DNA of 64,000 nucleotides, taken from positions 61,692,001-61,756,000 of the forward strand of contig CM052816.1 of NCBI GenBank assembly GCA_028534125.1, read 5' to 3'. The DNA comes from Lama glama (lineage: Eukaryota). A model generated the notes under the pieces. That model was not told the origin of the DNA and searched no databases. It worked only from the letters and a program-made list of their open reading frames with translations. Every line of letters starts with the position of its first letter. Within the stretch, counting starts at the first letter, position 1. The translations under genes were made by a program, and so were the position numbers. Shown piece after piece: positions 1 through 12,800 of the stretch.

Positions 1-1128
1 CCAAGGACACTGACCCACGGAAAGCCAGAGAGAGCGCCTTGTCATTCATCATGGAAGTGCATCCGTCACAGAGAGCCACCCAGAGGAAGAGGATTGATGT
101 CCTTGCAAATGCATTACCCTGTGGAAAACGTAACCACTGGTCAGCCCGAGCTGACAGGATTTCAATATTATTTTAACTTCTGTGAAGTGGGATTTATTGA
201 TCCAAAGTGCTGGACACAGAATTAGGAGGGAATGCCAGATTGGAGAGATCCAAACAACACAGGGAGACTTGCTTACTGTGGAACGTTTGTGTTCTTTCGA
301 GTAAATCCAATAGCCTGTTTACCTCCTTGGACCATTAAGATAATTTTTATTATGGACTTAGCAATGACACTGAATCCATTTGTATTTAAAACTGTTTAAA
401 ATGTAGCTGTTATGACTTGGTCAACTATGGAAGTAAAGAAGATTCAGAAATCTTAAGTCATAGCTTAAAAATATTTACTATACTTTATCTCACTACAACT
501 GCACCACAATTTAAATTCTAAAATGGGCTTTGAACTGTAATTTAAGGAGCAATTATAAATCAAAAGTAATGCAAGTTTGTATTATTCTTCTTCATTCCAC
601 TTAATTTCCTTAGGAGTCAATCCCCCTGTTCTGAACACTGCTGTGAGCCATGTAGAAACTACATTAAGCCGAACAACAATGAAGGACTTAGTTGAAAGCA
701 GTGCATCAGTTACTGCAGCTGTGCAAGTCTGTAAATTCACTGCTAAAGGACTGGCCAACTTGCCATTGTGCAAGTGAAGCTGAGATTTCCATTAAAACTT
801 TAAGAGAAAAACATTTCAATTTCATGCAGAAGCCAGACCTGGGGTATGGTAGAGACTGAAGTGCCAGCCCTCTGGTGCCATCACACAGGATGCCTCAATT
901 CTTACTTGAGTCACCCCAACTCACTTGTGTTTACATCCTCTCCAGCCACAGAACGGCTTCTGCCCTGTTGGATTGTTGCATATGCATGTTGAGCTTACCG
1001 AGATGATACCATGCAAAAGATAGACTGGCTCAGTGACAACCAGGCAGACCCTTTTGCTGACAATTACGATGGGTTCCAGATGTCCCTTCTTTGATATGGC
1101 AGAGGGGCACTTATTTATATGAGAGCAA

Positions 1129-1151
1129 GTGTGTGTGTGTGTGTGTGTGTG
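1129..1151. repeat. (GT)n microsatellite in the UTR
   Basis: Directly visible run of about 11 GT units. Confidence 0.95.
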
Positions 1152-3070
1152 CGGGCGCTTTTGGGTGTGTGGGTAGATGAGTGTGCTTGCACATGAATGT
1201 GCTATTTCTGTGAGTTTTAAAGTAGGCAAGGGATAACAACCAAAGAAGAAAAACTCATGAAGACTAGAGATCATAAAGCATAATTTTAACAGTCACTCAA
1301 CCAAGTATTTTGTATTTTTTATGGATACTCTGAATGGCAACTAAATGTGAAACCCAGTTTCTTGGGCGAGTCAAATTGTAGAATCAAATCCACCTAAATT
1401 AAGTTGACTGGCTTATATTCTCCCTGTCCACCAGTATCACATCATGCTCATCAAAAGATCTGACACAGAGAATTTAAGAAGAGAGAGAAAAAGAAGAGGG
1501 TACTTGCTTATATGAATATTTTGTACTTGAACACTTGCAGCAGGTTCTTGATGAATGTGTTTTGTGTCCTACACGTGTGTGCGCCATGTGACAACACCTC
1601 AGACTCAAACCAAACAGCTACTTTTAAAGATACTACCTGCAGTAAAAGAGTATGTCTGACTTAAAGCCATCACTGTGCTCTGAAACGGCATGTCAGGCGT
1701 GTCACATATGCTATGACCTAAAGTGGTTGATTAGGTTTTTCAGAAAGAAAGAGAGACTCACAAACATCAGAAACCAACCTAAACATCAGGTATGCTGTGG
1801 ACAGTCGGCACGGAACGTTCCTCTGCATGCTCAGTCTGTCACCCGGCGTCCTCGCCTGCTTTCTCAGCACCACAGCTCACGGCCCTGAGTTTCCAGAGAG
1901 AGCTCCTGATGATAGACGAGTGGCCAGGGCCCCCATCAGTGCTGCCCTAGAAGGCAGCCCAAGTGCCTCCTCAGCCATTCAGGGAAGGGCAGGCAGCCCA
2001 CACTTGGGCAGCACGGCCCCAGCACTGGCTTCCCTTGGCCCCTTGCAAAGAGCAGTTAACTTGGTGCTAATGTGCCCTGGTGACGTACAATACACGAACA
2101 AAGGATGAGTGGTTTCTGTGGCATTTTAGGCTTACGTTTGCTATCAGAATCTGCTTTTCTCCAACACAAATATCAGCTCATGTTTTTATTTCCAAAAGAT
2201 TTCTTACATTACTAACCAAAGGCAACTTTTCACCTCACCTGGGAGCTAACGCTGTGAGGGCCACCCCCTGTGCCCTGTGCAGCACCCCGACTGGTGCTAG
2301 AAGAGGAGGACAGCCAGTGTCCCTCTGGGGTGTGCAGGCGCACCAAGGCCAGGAGGCAGAGGGCTCCTGGGGGCAGCGTCAGATCACCTTTCTAGAAAGC
2401 GCCAGGCACGGGATGGAACATGACCAAACACTTTCAGTAGGCCTTGAATTTAAACCTGAGTGGGGAGAAATCATACCCCACAGCGCACCACGGCACTGCT
2501 GCTACCCTGTAGTCACCACGTGGCACATGGTGCTCTGGCCCTGAACAATCACAGTAGGACAGTCGCCGGACACTGAGCCGCCCGGCAGGCCCTCCAGGAG
2601 CGGTGAGCTATGTAGGCTACTTAGGGAGCCCTAAGGAAACCGGTGCCCGAGGCCAAGAGCAGTAGCTGCCACTGGCACGAAGGCCCACCAAAAAAGGCAA
2701 GGCAAACACACCCAGCGGATTAAACCCCTTGACATACATATGACTCCCCAAACAGTCCATTTCATTAGGAATTTTATTATCTGAGTGAATGTCACATAGG
2801 TATCCTTAATAATACAGAATGAAATTACCTTTGTATTATTGTGATTAGTTGTTGCTTATTATTTTATACTCAGTATTAATGTGGTACACTGTTGCTTTTT
2901 TTTTTTTTTGCTTTTGTAAATTATATTCTAATTTATTGCCATGTTTCCTAACACTTGTCCTACATTCAATCTCCTGCTTGTAATGAAAATGAAAAAAGTC
3001 ATTGTAACACTTGATGGAGTGAAATTCCACACCAGGCACAGATTTTTTTTAACATAGATAATTTAGTGAA

Positions 3071-3076
3071 AATAAA
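3071..3076 (+). terminator. Polyadenylation signal AATAAA (cleavage expected ~3090-3097)
   Basis: AATAAA preceded by TGTA (CFIm-type) and U-rich elements, followed by a modest GT-rich stretch. Confidence 0.7.
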
Positions 3077-5319
3077 ATTTCAGCTTGTAAGAATGATTCA
3101 GATGGAAGTTGTCTATTCCCTGAAAAGCTGGTGTTAACTCACAGTAGGAGGAATGTATCCCTTGGAACACCACAGTACATTATCCAGATTTTCCAGGTAG
3201 CATCCAGGATTGAGATACTTTGTTGCATCATTGTTACCCTCCTCAGAGGATGCATCTATTTGTGGTATTTCAGTAACATGTAAATGCAAGGCCTCAGTTA
3301 TTTCGGGGGGGGGGGGTCTATCCCCAGATGCCACTAGCCAACTATTCTGAGGCTAGAAAGGAAGTCCCAATTGGCCACTGCCAGATACCTTCAGTCACAT
3401 GGCCCACAATTTTCTTGCCCTCTCCTCCTTTTGCCTCCCATGTGAATTCTTTAGACTAGAAGAAGATGCAAAATACTTCACTGTGGAAAGGGTGTTGAAC
3501 AAAGGGTTCGTGCTTGAGGGATTTTTCTACTCAGACTCAGTTGGGAGCATAGAAACCTGATGGGCATACCTTTCCACCTTCAGGCCTTCCACCTTCCTCT
3601 TAGGCTGAATCACTTGGCTGAACTGGGGGACATTATGATATGCAAAGGCAGCTCACTATGTGGTTAGAATGAAGCTCAGCAGCTAATATGAAGGTGGCTC
3701 TCCTGCATGATTAGCTCTTTGAGTACTTTCATAGTGACAGCTTCATCAGTTACATAAGATGTGCAATGTCCAAGCATGGTTGTGCTTTAATCCACCTACC
3801 CCATGCCCTTCCTCTACACATTCGATCTTATACATTAGAAGAAATCAGGTAAGCCGGTTAGATAGTCCCCAAGTCATCCTAGGAGCCAAAAGTCCTGGGA
3901 CCAGCTATTTTAACCTACTGCATTTGCAAAGAGTGGTTCTGCCAGGAGTCAGGGAGAAGGGAATAGCAAGAAACGAGGCTCGCCTTAGCTTGGATTCCTC
4001 GGATTCAAGCCTATCTTCTCAACTACATTTGTTCTCAAGCTTCCAGTTAAATGTTTCTCTCCCTGTGAAATGTCTAAAGGGCACTTGCCTGCTTCACTGA
4101 CAGCGAGGACAGTCTGCCTGCATAGAGAGTGTGCCGCTCTCCAAGGAGCTCTAGGGTCATCCTTAAGGCCAGGCAATGTTTTTTCGAGTAAATTAGGAAG
4201 AATGTTGGGTATTGATCCTGGTAACAAAAATGTGTGAATTTGTGTGGTAGGGTAAGAGTCGTTACTTTTAAAAGAAGGGAAAAGAAATGTAATTCAGGAA
4301 GAAAAAAAAAAGCATAACCCAGGAGGACTGGAAAATTCTAAACAAGTGATGACAGAAAAAAGATCAGTCACTGAATAAAAAAGTGACAGATAAACTGATT
4401 TGCAATTCTGTCTCATTCATATCATCAGAATGTTTGGGATAAGCTAACATATGTTTTTAAAAAGAACAGCTGTTCATGATGGTTTTGTGCTTCAGACTTC
4501 AAAACCTCAGGCTGGAACTTAAAAGGAAATGATCTTCTCCCATCTCCTTCTCAGAGTGTTATTTCTAGCATTCCTTGTCCCTCATTTCATCCACAGACAA
4601 CGTCTGAGGCCAGAAATGAAACAGTGGTTTGAGGGCTGGCTCCACTCTCGGGGGAACCCAAGGTTATGCCCATATTGTCTCTTGGTGACGGCTTTCCTTA
4701 GGCCACTGAAAGCCTTTAGCTGCGTAGGTGATGAAAGCTAATTTCCATGATAATGTCCTGTCTTCTCCTAAACAGCACCCTGTGATTACAAGAGGACCTA
4801 CTAGCACCTGATGTCCCCAGGTCCAGGGATTATGGAGCCTGAATATTCTCGTTCACCTGAAGACGTGGAACACCATTCCTGACTAGTCAGGTTCCATTGT
4901 CCCAGACCTTAAGGCTTGTGACATGCAATCAAGAGGCCTCTTCTTGGATCTTGGCTTGGATACCTTTCCTTACAGAGAGGTTTCACACAGGAGAAGGCAA
5001 GTTGTCCCACCAGCTCCAGGCTTCCCAGAAGTCAGAGTGCTTCTTCAGGTCAGTGGCTCAAGAGTGAGTGGCATCAGCCAGCCCAAGGCTGATGTATGTT
5101 GGGGGGGAGGGCCTGGTCGGTGCCTTCAGCAAGGGCAGTTGTGGATAGCAAGCGACCTCATGGGCCCATAGAGCAGTAATGGTGAGATGAGGACCCTGAA
5201 ATCCCAAGCAAAGGTAGCAGCAGGAAGCTCCAGTCCAGGGCTAGAGGTGCGGCCTGTTTCTAGAGGGTAGCATCAGCCAGGGTCAGTTACTTACACAGTC
5301 TCCCATGTCCCTGTTGTGC

Positions 5320-5480
5320 CCAGGTGCTGTGCTAGGCACTTAACACATGCACTCTCGTGGAATGGCCTCTCAACAAAACCAGGACAGTACTGTCAGTCCC
5401 CACTTACAGGTGCCAAAACTGAGGCTCAGAGAGGTTAAGTAAGTTGCAAATGGTCACAGGCCAGTGACAGAGTGTCACCT
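5320..5480 (-). mobile_element. MIR SINE fragment
   Basis: Core aaactgaggctcagagaggttaagtaagttgc...ggtcacag matches the reverse complement of the MIR core. Confidence 0.85.
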
Positions 5481-7084
5481 CTTTGGCACATGTCAGGGAG
5501 CTGCCTGGTCTGCCTCTGGGACAGGGGAAGGATGCTTCTGTACCAGAGAGAAAATGACTCAGGCCAGAGGAAGTGGGGTCCTCCTTCCTGGGAGGCAGTG
5601 GGCCTGAGGCCTTGGAAGGGACCTCGGGGGTCAGGGAACGGTGAACTTTGGGCTCCTGTCTGGTAGGTGGTAGTGTTCACTATGAAAATTCCAGTGTGTG
5701 GTGACAAAATTACAAGTGGGGACCAAAAGTGGTTTCTGAGCATGTAGTTAGGGTACGTGGGAAGAGGAGGAAAAGGAAGGTCAGAGACACTGGAGGATGG
5801 ACAGTGTCTGTGATGGCCGCAGCCAGACAACGCGAAGGCTCTTCCTGCCCCTGAAACGTCCTGTTTTGAATCGCGGAGCCTATTCCTGCCTGACAGCTCC
5901 CACACCGTTTCCAGACTTGCCAGATGGCCTTGCTGACCTGTTTCCACACAACTGGAGCAGAATAATTCCCATGTTGGCTTTGGGGTAAGTTTTGAAGAAG
6001 AAAGGTGGGTTTTTCTCTGTTTAAGTCAGAGCAGGACCATCGGGGCTTGAAAGCTCAGGCCATCGGGTTGCTGCCAACAAGCACATTCTTTGACCTTCTG
6101 CGGTGGGTCCACAGAGTGGAACCAGGTGCTCTTTCAGCCCATGCCAGAATGGACTGACCGCCCAACTGGCCACCTGCCTCCACCCCACCGACAGGGCTTT
6201 GGCTGGCCCTCTACCAAACAGCTGTGCTGGGAGCCACAGGTGGCCACCCACACTTGTGCCCAGGCCAGCAGCTGCATTGGCCTGACTCAGCCTGGCAAGA
6301 TGGACCTCGTGTGCCTTTGCCCTCCGCCCCAGCCCCTCCCCAAGCCAGGTCACTCAAGGGGCTGGGGAGAAGGAAAAGCAAAGCTCACAGACACTAAGGA
6401 ATTGCTTTTGTGGTCCAAGGGCAAGCAAAAGCATACTGTTTTCTTCCCCTTCCTTCGGTAGCATCAATTTTGGTATTTTATTCTTAATCATTCCAATTAA
6501 TCTGATACAAATGAATACTCATTTAGTTCCTGTGTGTTGGGTGTATTATTCTTAGAATAAAAATATCCTTGTGCTATGTATCTGTATAAACGAAAAGGCA
6601 AAGGAAGATGACATCCCAAGTTCAAAAACATAGTATGTAGTTATTATCGGGATAATAATAAGCATTACTTGATATCCTGAAAAAAACAACCAGAGAAGTG
6701 GCTAAAATATAATATGAGTTTGAATTAAAGTGAATAGCAAAAAAAAAAAAAATTATCACAGCTGAATGAATTGCAATAAAAAATAATTTAATTCAAAGTT
6801 TTAAACTTTCAAACAGAAAAAAAGTAAAATTGAGAAATGAGATATATTTTAATTTGAGATTAAAAAGAGAAAATGTAAGTTGGAATTATGAAAGAAGATA
6901 ATAACCTGGAGCCACTTTTAGCTTTGAGGATCTTCCAAGTGTAGGCTGGGCTAGGAAGATGTCATTCTCCACTGAGCTCAGGGGCCAAGCCCCCACCAAG
7001 GTGGAGAGCTCCTGCTGATGGGAGGGAAGAGGGGCTCACTGTTTCATTTCATCTCATATTTAATCTCAATTACAGAAACTACAT

Positions 7085-7500
7085 GTAACAACTCTCTTTT
7101 ATGTCTGGCTTTTTAAATCAATGCATTAGAACTTAACTCTCCAAATGAGCACTGTTCCCTTCCATGTAATCACCCGAGATCACTCTGTACTCATTCTTAG
7201 AGCAAAATCATCACTCAAAACTGTTTTCGAATTGCTTGTTTAGACTATCTCCCAGGGTAAGATGGATTTAATTTTCACAAAAGTCCAAAACCAAATGTGG
7301 TGAGTAATTTGCATATAATCATTCTGGCTACAAATATCTTCTTACAGATTGACCCCAGGTGATACTACAAAGCAACTCCAAATATGCTTTAAGTGACTTC
7401 TTTGAAGAATTTCACTCATTTGGATACAAGGGTGCTAGTGTTTTGTCTAAAAATTATTGGCATTGCTCTATAATCCAATTTAAGATTACTATAACACATT
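7085..7500. mobile_element. Ancient mariner-type MITE remnants (MARNA-like), two pieces in opposite orientation
   Basis: 7140-7250 (-) reads ...gttttgagtgatg...gggtgattacatggaagggaacagtgctcatttgg; 7390-7450 (+) reads gtgacttctttgaagaatttcactcatttggatac; both resemble the recalled MARNA 3' end. Confidence 0.5.
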
Positions 7501-8689
7501 TCACTCTTTCCAATTCTAAAATTAGCTAGAATCTGGACCACCTAAACTGCTGTGTTATCTGTTAGGGAAAAGAAAGATCTCTGACCTCTCAGGGTTGAGT
7601 AAACCCTTCAGTCCAGGAAGCCAAACCACTTCTCAGACCCTGGAGATTAGCAAACAGCTGTCCTTCCAGGATTCTCCTTCCAGTGGGCTAATTAAGCAAG
7701 GTCTGCCAGCAACATTAGGGAAGCAGCCACCGCCAAGTGAGCAAGACTCAGTGCTCTGCTTCCTCCCCACTGGGGCAGGGTGACCACACGGATGTGCAGC
7801 AACTGACACAATTGTAGATGCTGTTCCATTTCTGAAGCGCGATTCATTTCCCATTTGCTTAAATGATCATTCCAAGATGAGCCTGTGCTTGGGTCCTTAA
7901 CTGGCCGTGTGTGGGGCTGATAACCCAGCACTGAGTGTCCTCTCCCTTGGTCTGAAGGTGTTAATGATGTGTAAACAGATACAGATACTCAAACATGTGG
8001 GGGAGACTACTGTCGTAAGGAATTCCAAGAGTGGTCTTTTGAAGAGGATAGTTACTCCCTTATTTGTTTAATTTCAGAGTGCATTTTCACCGTGCTTTTT
8101 TCTTTTTAATGAAACAGATACCCATGTATCTATCAAGACAGAAACCAAAGTTTCCCCCCCCAAATTTTTGCTGAAACTGCCTTAAAATCCACAATTTTTA
8201 TGTCTTTTTTCCCCCTGAAAGAACTGAATGATTTTAAATTCACACCCTCTCTTTCTCAAGAGCCTCAAAAAGTCTCCTTGGGTGGCCTGGAATTCTTGTT
8301 CCTCAAAATTAGCAATAACAGCCATAGTCAGGGACACTTTTGGAGTCCATTGTCACTCCAAATTAAGAAGAAAACTTAACGTTAAATGTATTTACAGTTT
8401 CCCCTTCAAAGAGGCTAACCAGATCAATCTTTTCCATCAACTTCATAATAATCTAATTGCTGGTTATTGCCTAGGAGAAAAGCCCTGATGAGGCAGACAG
8501 ATGGGGTCCCTTCAAAGAGTTCTAATGAAGAAAATGATGAATGAATATGTATTTACTTAATGCAATGTCCTTTATAAGAGTGAGAGGTGCTGAGAAATTA
8601 GAGGTGTTTCCTGCATCGCTGAAGATGTTTAATTCAAAATTTTTTGCTTTTGGTAAGAAATCATTACCTTTGTTTCTTTACTTTGTTTT

Positions 8690-8930
8690 TATTTATTTTG
8701 GAAATTTTCAAACATAAGCAAAAGCAGAGTAACTTGTTTGACGACTCTGTCTTCTCACCCAGGTTCTGGCAACTATGAACATGTGACCAGCCTTCTTTCC
8801 ATCTCTACTCCTCTACTATGATTTATTTAAGAAACATTATATGACTTCATCATTAAATATTTTGGAATGTGTCCCTAAAAGATAAAGACTCTTAAAAATG
8901 ACTACATTACCATTAAAAAATATTTGCATT
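8690..8930 (-). mobile_element. Old L1 (L1MC/L1ME type) 3' UTR fragment
   Basis: ttattttggaaattttcaaacataagcaaaagcagag... is typical of the antisense L1MC4/L1ME 3' end. Confidence 0.55.
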
Positions 8931-8999
8931 TACAATGTAAAATTTCCATTTGCTCTTTTTAGAACTACTGTCCCCACACTCAAAGAAAGTAATAAAAAT

Positions 9000-9175
9000 T
9001 GTGTGTACTACTTAATGGGCATCTATTGTGCACTCTATTCCAGGCAGTATAGTAGGTGCTTTCTGTCCATTATCTTATCATCATTGTTATTGATTTTATA
9101 AAAGAGGAAACTGAGGCTAAGAGAGGTTGAGAGACTCACCCACTGACAAGTTGAGCTCAGCAAGACTGTGGAAAA
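9000..9175 (-). mobile_element. MIR SINE fragment
   Basis: gaggaaactgaggctaagagaggttgagagactcaccc core. Confidence 0.8.
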
Positions 9176-9759
9176 CCAGGATTTATGAGAAAACAGCTCT
9201 TCCACCGCCAGTACCTATCCTGTTTCTCTGTTGCGAATCACATTTAGGAAGAGGAACATCCAGCACCCCTCTCTGCTTGCTGGTCCCAGAAGAGTGTTCC
9301 AAAAACAAGTAACTCGTGGAGAAAACAATCCTCCTTCTCTGGCCCTTCTGGACCATTGCTGCTTCCAACCTTAGTTGCATAAGATATTGCTGCCTTCGCG
9401 TAACTACCTTGTTGCTACAAATGATTTCAGCCATATTTTCCTTTATAACCAGCTATAAAAAGCTGCCCTAGTTAATAAAACTTCTCTCAAGTTTCCCCTT
9501 CAATCTCCAACTCCATTGTGAAATTTCCAACTGTGACCATAATTAATAACTAACTGTAACAAGCTCAACTGTGGAATAAAATGTGTAAATAAAAGTTGTC
9601 TGTAGAGAAGTGTCATGATGTCTGCAAATAGCTTTCAAAGAACTGATTTTTTTTTTTGAATGAGGGGAGGTGTAGAGAGAGAGCAGAAAAACAAATATGG
9701 CAAATGTTAGTAATTGGGAAATAGAGATAAGAAGCAAATAGGAAGAAAACAGGGCATAG

Positions 9760-9890
9760 AGTATGCGTGTGTGCGCATGTGCATGGGTGTATGTGTGTAT
9801 TCATATGCATGCGTATGTATGCATGTGTGCTCATGGGCCCCGCGTGTATGCACATGCTTGTGCACATGCGTGTGCGTGTGTGTGTGTATG
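9760..9890. repeat. Degenerate alternating purine-pyrimidine (TG/CA/CG) tract
   Basis: ~130 bp of tgtgtgcgcatgtgcatg-like sequence; source of the His/Thr- and Val/Cys-rich spurious ORFs. Confidence 0.9.
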
Positions 9891-10122
9891 GAGAGAGGAC
9901 GGGAGGAAATGAGCAATGGTGTATTGATATCTCAGTCAAAAAAGTTAAAGCTTAGTGAAATACTGTTTCCTATCCTTTTTCATCTTTCTAAGCAGGAAAC
10001 CAAGTCAAGGGCAGGACTTGAAGTCACAAGTCTTTCATGGGAAGACTGGCCAGAAAGGAGAGCAGCTGGGCTAAGACCCAATTCTGAGTCCTAGTCTAAC
10101 AATGAGTTTTTCTCAAGTTGGA

Positions 10123-10370
10123 GCAGTGGTTCCTAGACTTTCAGATTTCATGGACCAGTAAAATTTCAAACTACTTTGCAGACAGATGTCGAGTGGCTAC
10201 CTTTTATTTTGCCAAGCAAAGACATTTTTTTAAAAATCTATTATTTACTATTGCCATAAAAGGTACCTTCCTAAAAGAAAGGACATTTTAACAAAATACA
10301 CAAATAACGTTACTCTTCAGAAGTTTCTACGTTGTTCTTATTTTTCCATTTAATGTCTTTTTCAAATAAG
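10123..10370. mobile_element. hAT-Charlie-type DNA transposon remnant
   Basis: Starts with cagtggttcctagactttcag, a Charlie-type terminal repeat; subfamily not determined. Confidence 0.4.
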
Positions 10371-11806
10371 AAGGCTTTTAGCTCCAAGTATACACAACTA
10401 CACGACAAGTGACCTGACCACTAACGGCAGGGCGGTTCCAGTTCCAGATGCAAGTCCACTGTCCACACGATCCTGGAGGGCCGGGGACACCTTCTCCCCT
10501 CTGCTTATCTCCGTGTGCCCATGGCTTCCCTCATCTGCAAGACGATGGCAGCAGCTCCGAGGGTGCGTGCAGAAGAGACAGCAGCTAGCACAGAGAGGCA
10601 GCCCCTGCTGCTGTGTCACTATCACGGAGGAAGAATGTTCGCAGAAGCCCCCAGCAAAGGCACCCTCAGAACCCAGCGGCCAGGATTGAGCCACACTCCA
10701 TGCCCCAGTGCCAGGGAGGCTGGGACGAGCTGCAGTATCTTTGCCTCTCTACTGAAGCTGCCTCTGCTAACCCGGAGCAGGGATCAGCTGTTTATAGGGA
10801 CCAAGGGACAAAATCAAATTTCTGAAAGCCCCAGCTGGGGCTCACGTGAGTCTGAAGCCTGATACTTGGGAGCTATTCACTTACAGCTTCCCATGCTGAG
10901 GCCTGCAGCGCCTGCTGAGCATATATCCACGGTCTAAGAAATGCTTTATTTGGTTTCATCCAAGTTGAGAGCAGAGATTTATGTCAATACCTCTCAAAGT
11001 CTTCCTGCATTGCAAGGGAGCCCGAAGCAGCCTGGCCAAATGATATCATAGCTCTGCTGAGAAAAGCGTGAATAATCTCCCATCATTTCACCCCCAATTG
11101 CACGTGAATAATTCCTCATCTTTGTTAACTGCCTTACCGAATTATTCATGAAAGCAAAGGTATTCAGACCCTCGGAACTGGCCTTCCCTTGCTATATAAA
11201 GGAAATTGTAACAGCTCCTAGTGAGAGTTGTTAGTGTTACTAAAATGAACCTTTTACTCTCTTGACAAGCTATGGAAAAAGTGATAACCTACAGATAATT
11301 TTAAAACAACATTTTAGCCTGGAGCTGCACTCTCTTTCGAGATGCGTACCATCACTGAAATTGTATAAAAGAGAAATTACAACTGTAAGCAAAAACTGAG
11401 GAAACAGATTTCTAGGGTAAAATGACAGAATGAAGCAATAATATAGAATCTCTCATCCCCTAGTTTAATAAAATAAACAAGGGAATTTTTAAAAGGACAC
11501 ACACACAAAAAATCACCAGCAACAAACAGGCAGAATCATATTCTGCTGTCAGTATTGAAAAATGGTAGCTGGAGGAAAGTCTGGTGCGGCCCACGGTTAA
11601 CATGGCTTCTAACACTGCCTCCACCCATCATAACTCGTGCTTAGAAAAGAAAATGAGTCAACAAGATCTTGAAAACTCTCACAAATATCCTCAAACATAG
11701 GAAGAAGCAGACTAGGGGGCTGATTAAGTGGCTCTGGGAAAAGCAGAGGAAAATCATCGAGAGTTGAAGTCCGTGCCTACCGTGACCTCAGAGATAAGGA
11801 AGGCCA

Positions 11807-12405
11807 CAATCTATGAAAAACAGTACGGCCGTTCCTCAAAAAAATTAAACAGAGAATTACCATGTTTTCCAGCAGTTTCACGTCTGGGTATATACCCCAA
11901 AGAATTGAAAGCAGAGACTTGAGACGTTTGTACCTCCATGCTCGTGGTGGCATTGTTCACAGCAGTCAAAGGTGGAAACGACCTAAGTGTCCATCGACAG
12001 ATGAGTAGGTAAACAAAATATGATGCATACATACAGCAGAATATTATCAGCCTTAAAAAGGAAGGAAATCCTGACACCTGCTACAACACAGGTGAGACTG
12101 GAGGACATTATGCGAAGTGAAAAACTAGTCACAAAAAGACAAAACTCTATAATTTGACGTGAATGAGGTAGCCAGAGTCAAATTCATACAGACAGAAAGT
12201 GGAATGGTGGTTGTCAGGGGCTGTGGGGAGGAGGAGTGCGGAGTTAGGGTTTGGTGGGAGCTTGAGTCGAAGAGAATGGAAAAGTTAGGGAGACAAATGG
12301 TGGTGGTGGTTGTACACCAGTGTGAACGTACTTATGCTACTGAACTGTGTGTATTAAAATGGTGGTTGTAAATTCTGTGTTAGGCATATTGTACCACAAT
12401 TTTAA
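11807..12405 (+). mobile_element. 5'-truncated L1MB-type LINE (ORF2 C-terminus plus 3' UTR)
   Basis: Translation KKLNRELP...LGIYPKELKA matches the L1 ORF2 C-terminus; L1MB 3' UTR motifs (ggaatggtggttgtcaggggctg; gcatattgtaccacaatttt). Confidence 0.92.
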
Positions 12406-12524
12406 GGAAAGAAAGTCTACGAGGACTAGCCATCTCCTAAAACACTGTGGAGATTTTGGGAGAAGATCCCAAGCCCGCAGGGTAGGGATATACTAGCTAC
12501 ATAAGGGGGTACATACAGGGCAGT

Positions 12525-12800
12525 GGTGGACTGTATTGTCCTTCCCAGCTGCTCCCCCTCTTCCCTATCCTTGCCCTTTGCCATGGGACTTGAAGTGGCC
12601 CCTGCTACAGAACAGAGTCTGTGTCCCTGCCTGTTGACTTTGAGCTTGGCCATATGACTCTCTGTGTTTAGCCAATGGGATGTGAGCAAATGTGATATTC
12701 TCTGTATCCTGGCCTTTGGTGGTTGGCTCTGTCCTTTTTCCCTTCTGCCATGAGATTGGCTTGTCCAAAACAGGCATTGTTTGGATGGTTTCTATTTTGG
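12525..12800 (+). mobile_element. MaLR LTR (old MLT1 subfamily) fragment
   Basis: gactttgagcttggccatatgact...tttagccaatgggatgtgagcaaatgtga is characteristic of old MLT1 LTRs. Confidence 0.7.

Larger units (their letters stand above)
1..3095 (+). other. Distal 3' UTR of an unidentified + strand protein-coding gene (CDS lies upstream of the window)
   Basis: Almost free of interspersed repeats, AU-rich blocks, U-rich terminal region with several TGTA elements (~2915, ~2978, ~3003), ends at canonical AATAAA; repeat density rises afterwards. Gene not recognised. Confidence 0.7.

Noticed and set aside
1..230. Open frames at the window start as a terminal coding exon, and naming the gene from its UTR
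   Set aside because: The translations resemble no protein I recognise. Candidates I considered (e.g. TEAD1, TACC1, NEDD4L) did not fit recalled sequence or downstream gene content, so no symbol is given.
9613..10094. His/Thr- and Cys/Val-rich ORFs
   Set aside because: Translations of the alternating purine-pyrimidine tract.
11728..12371. ORFs over 11.7-12.4 kb as genes
   Set aside because: Decayed L1 ORF2 C-terminus and 3' UTR.
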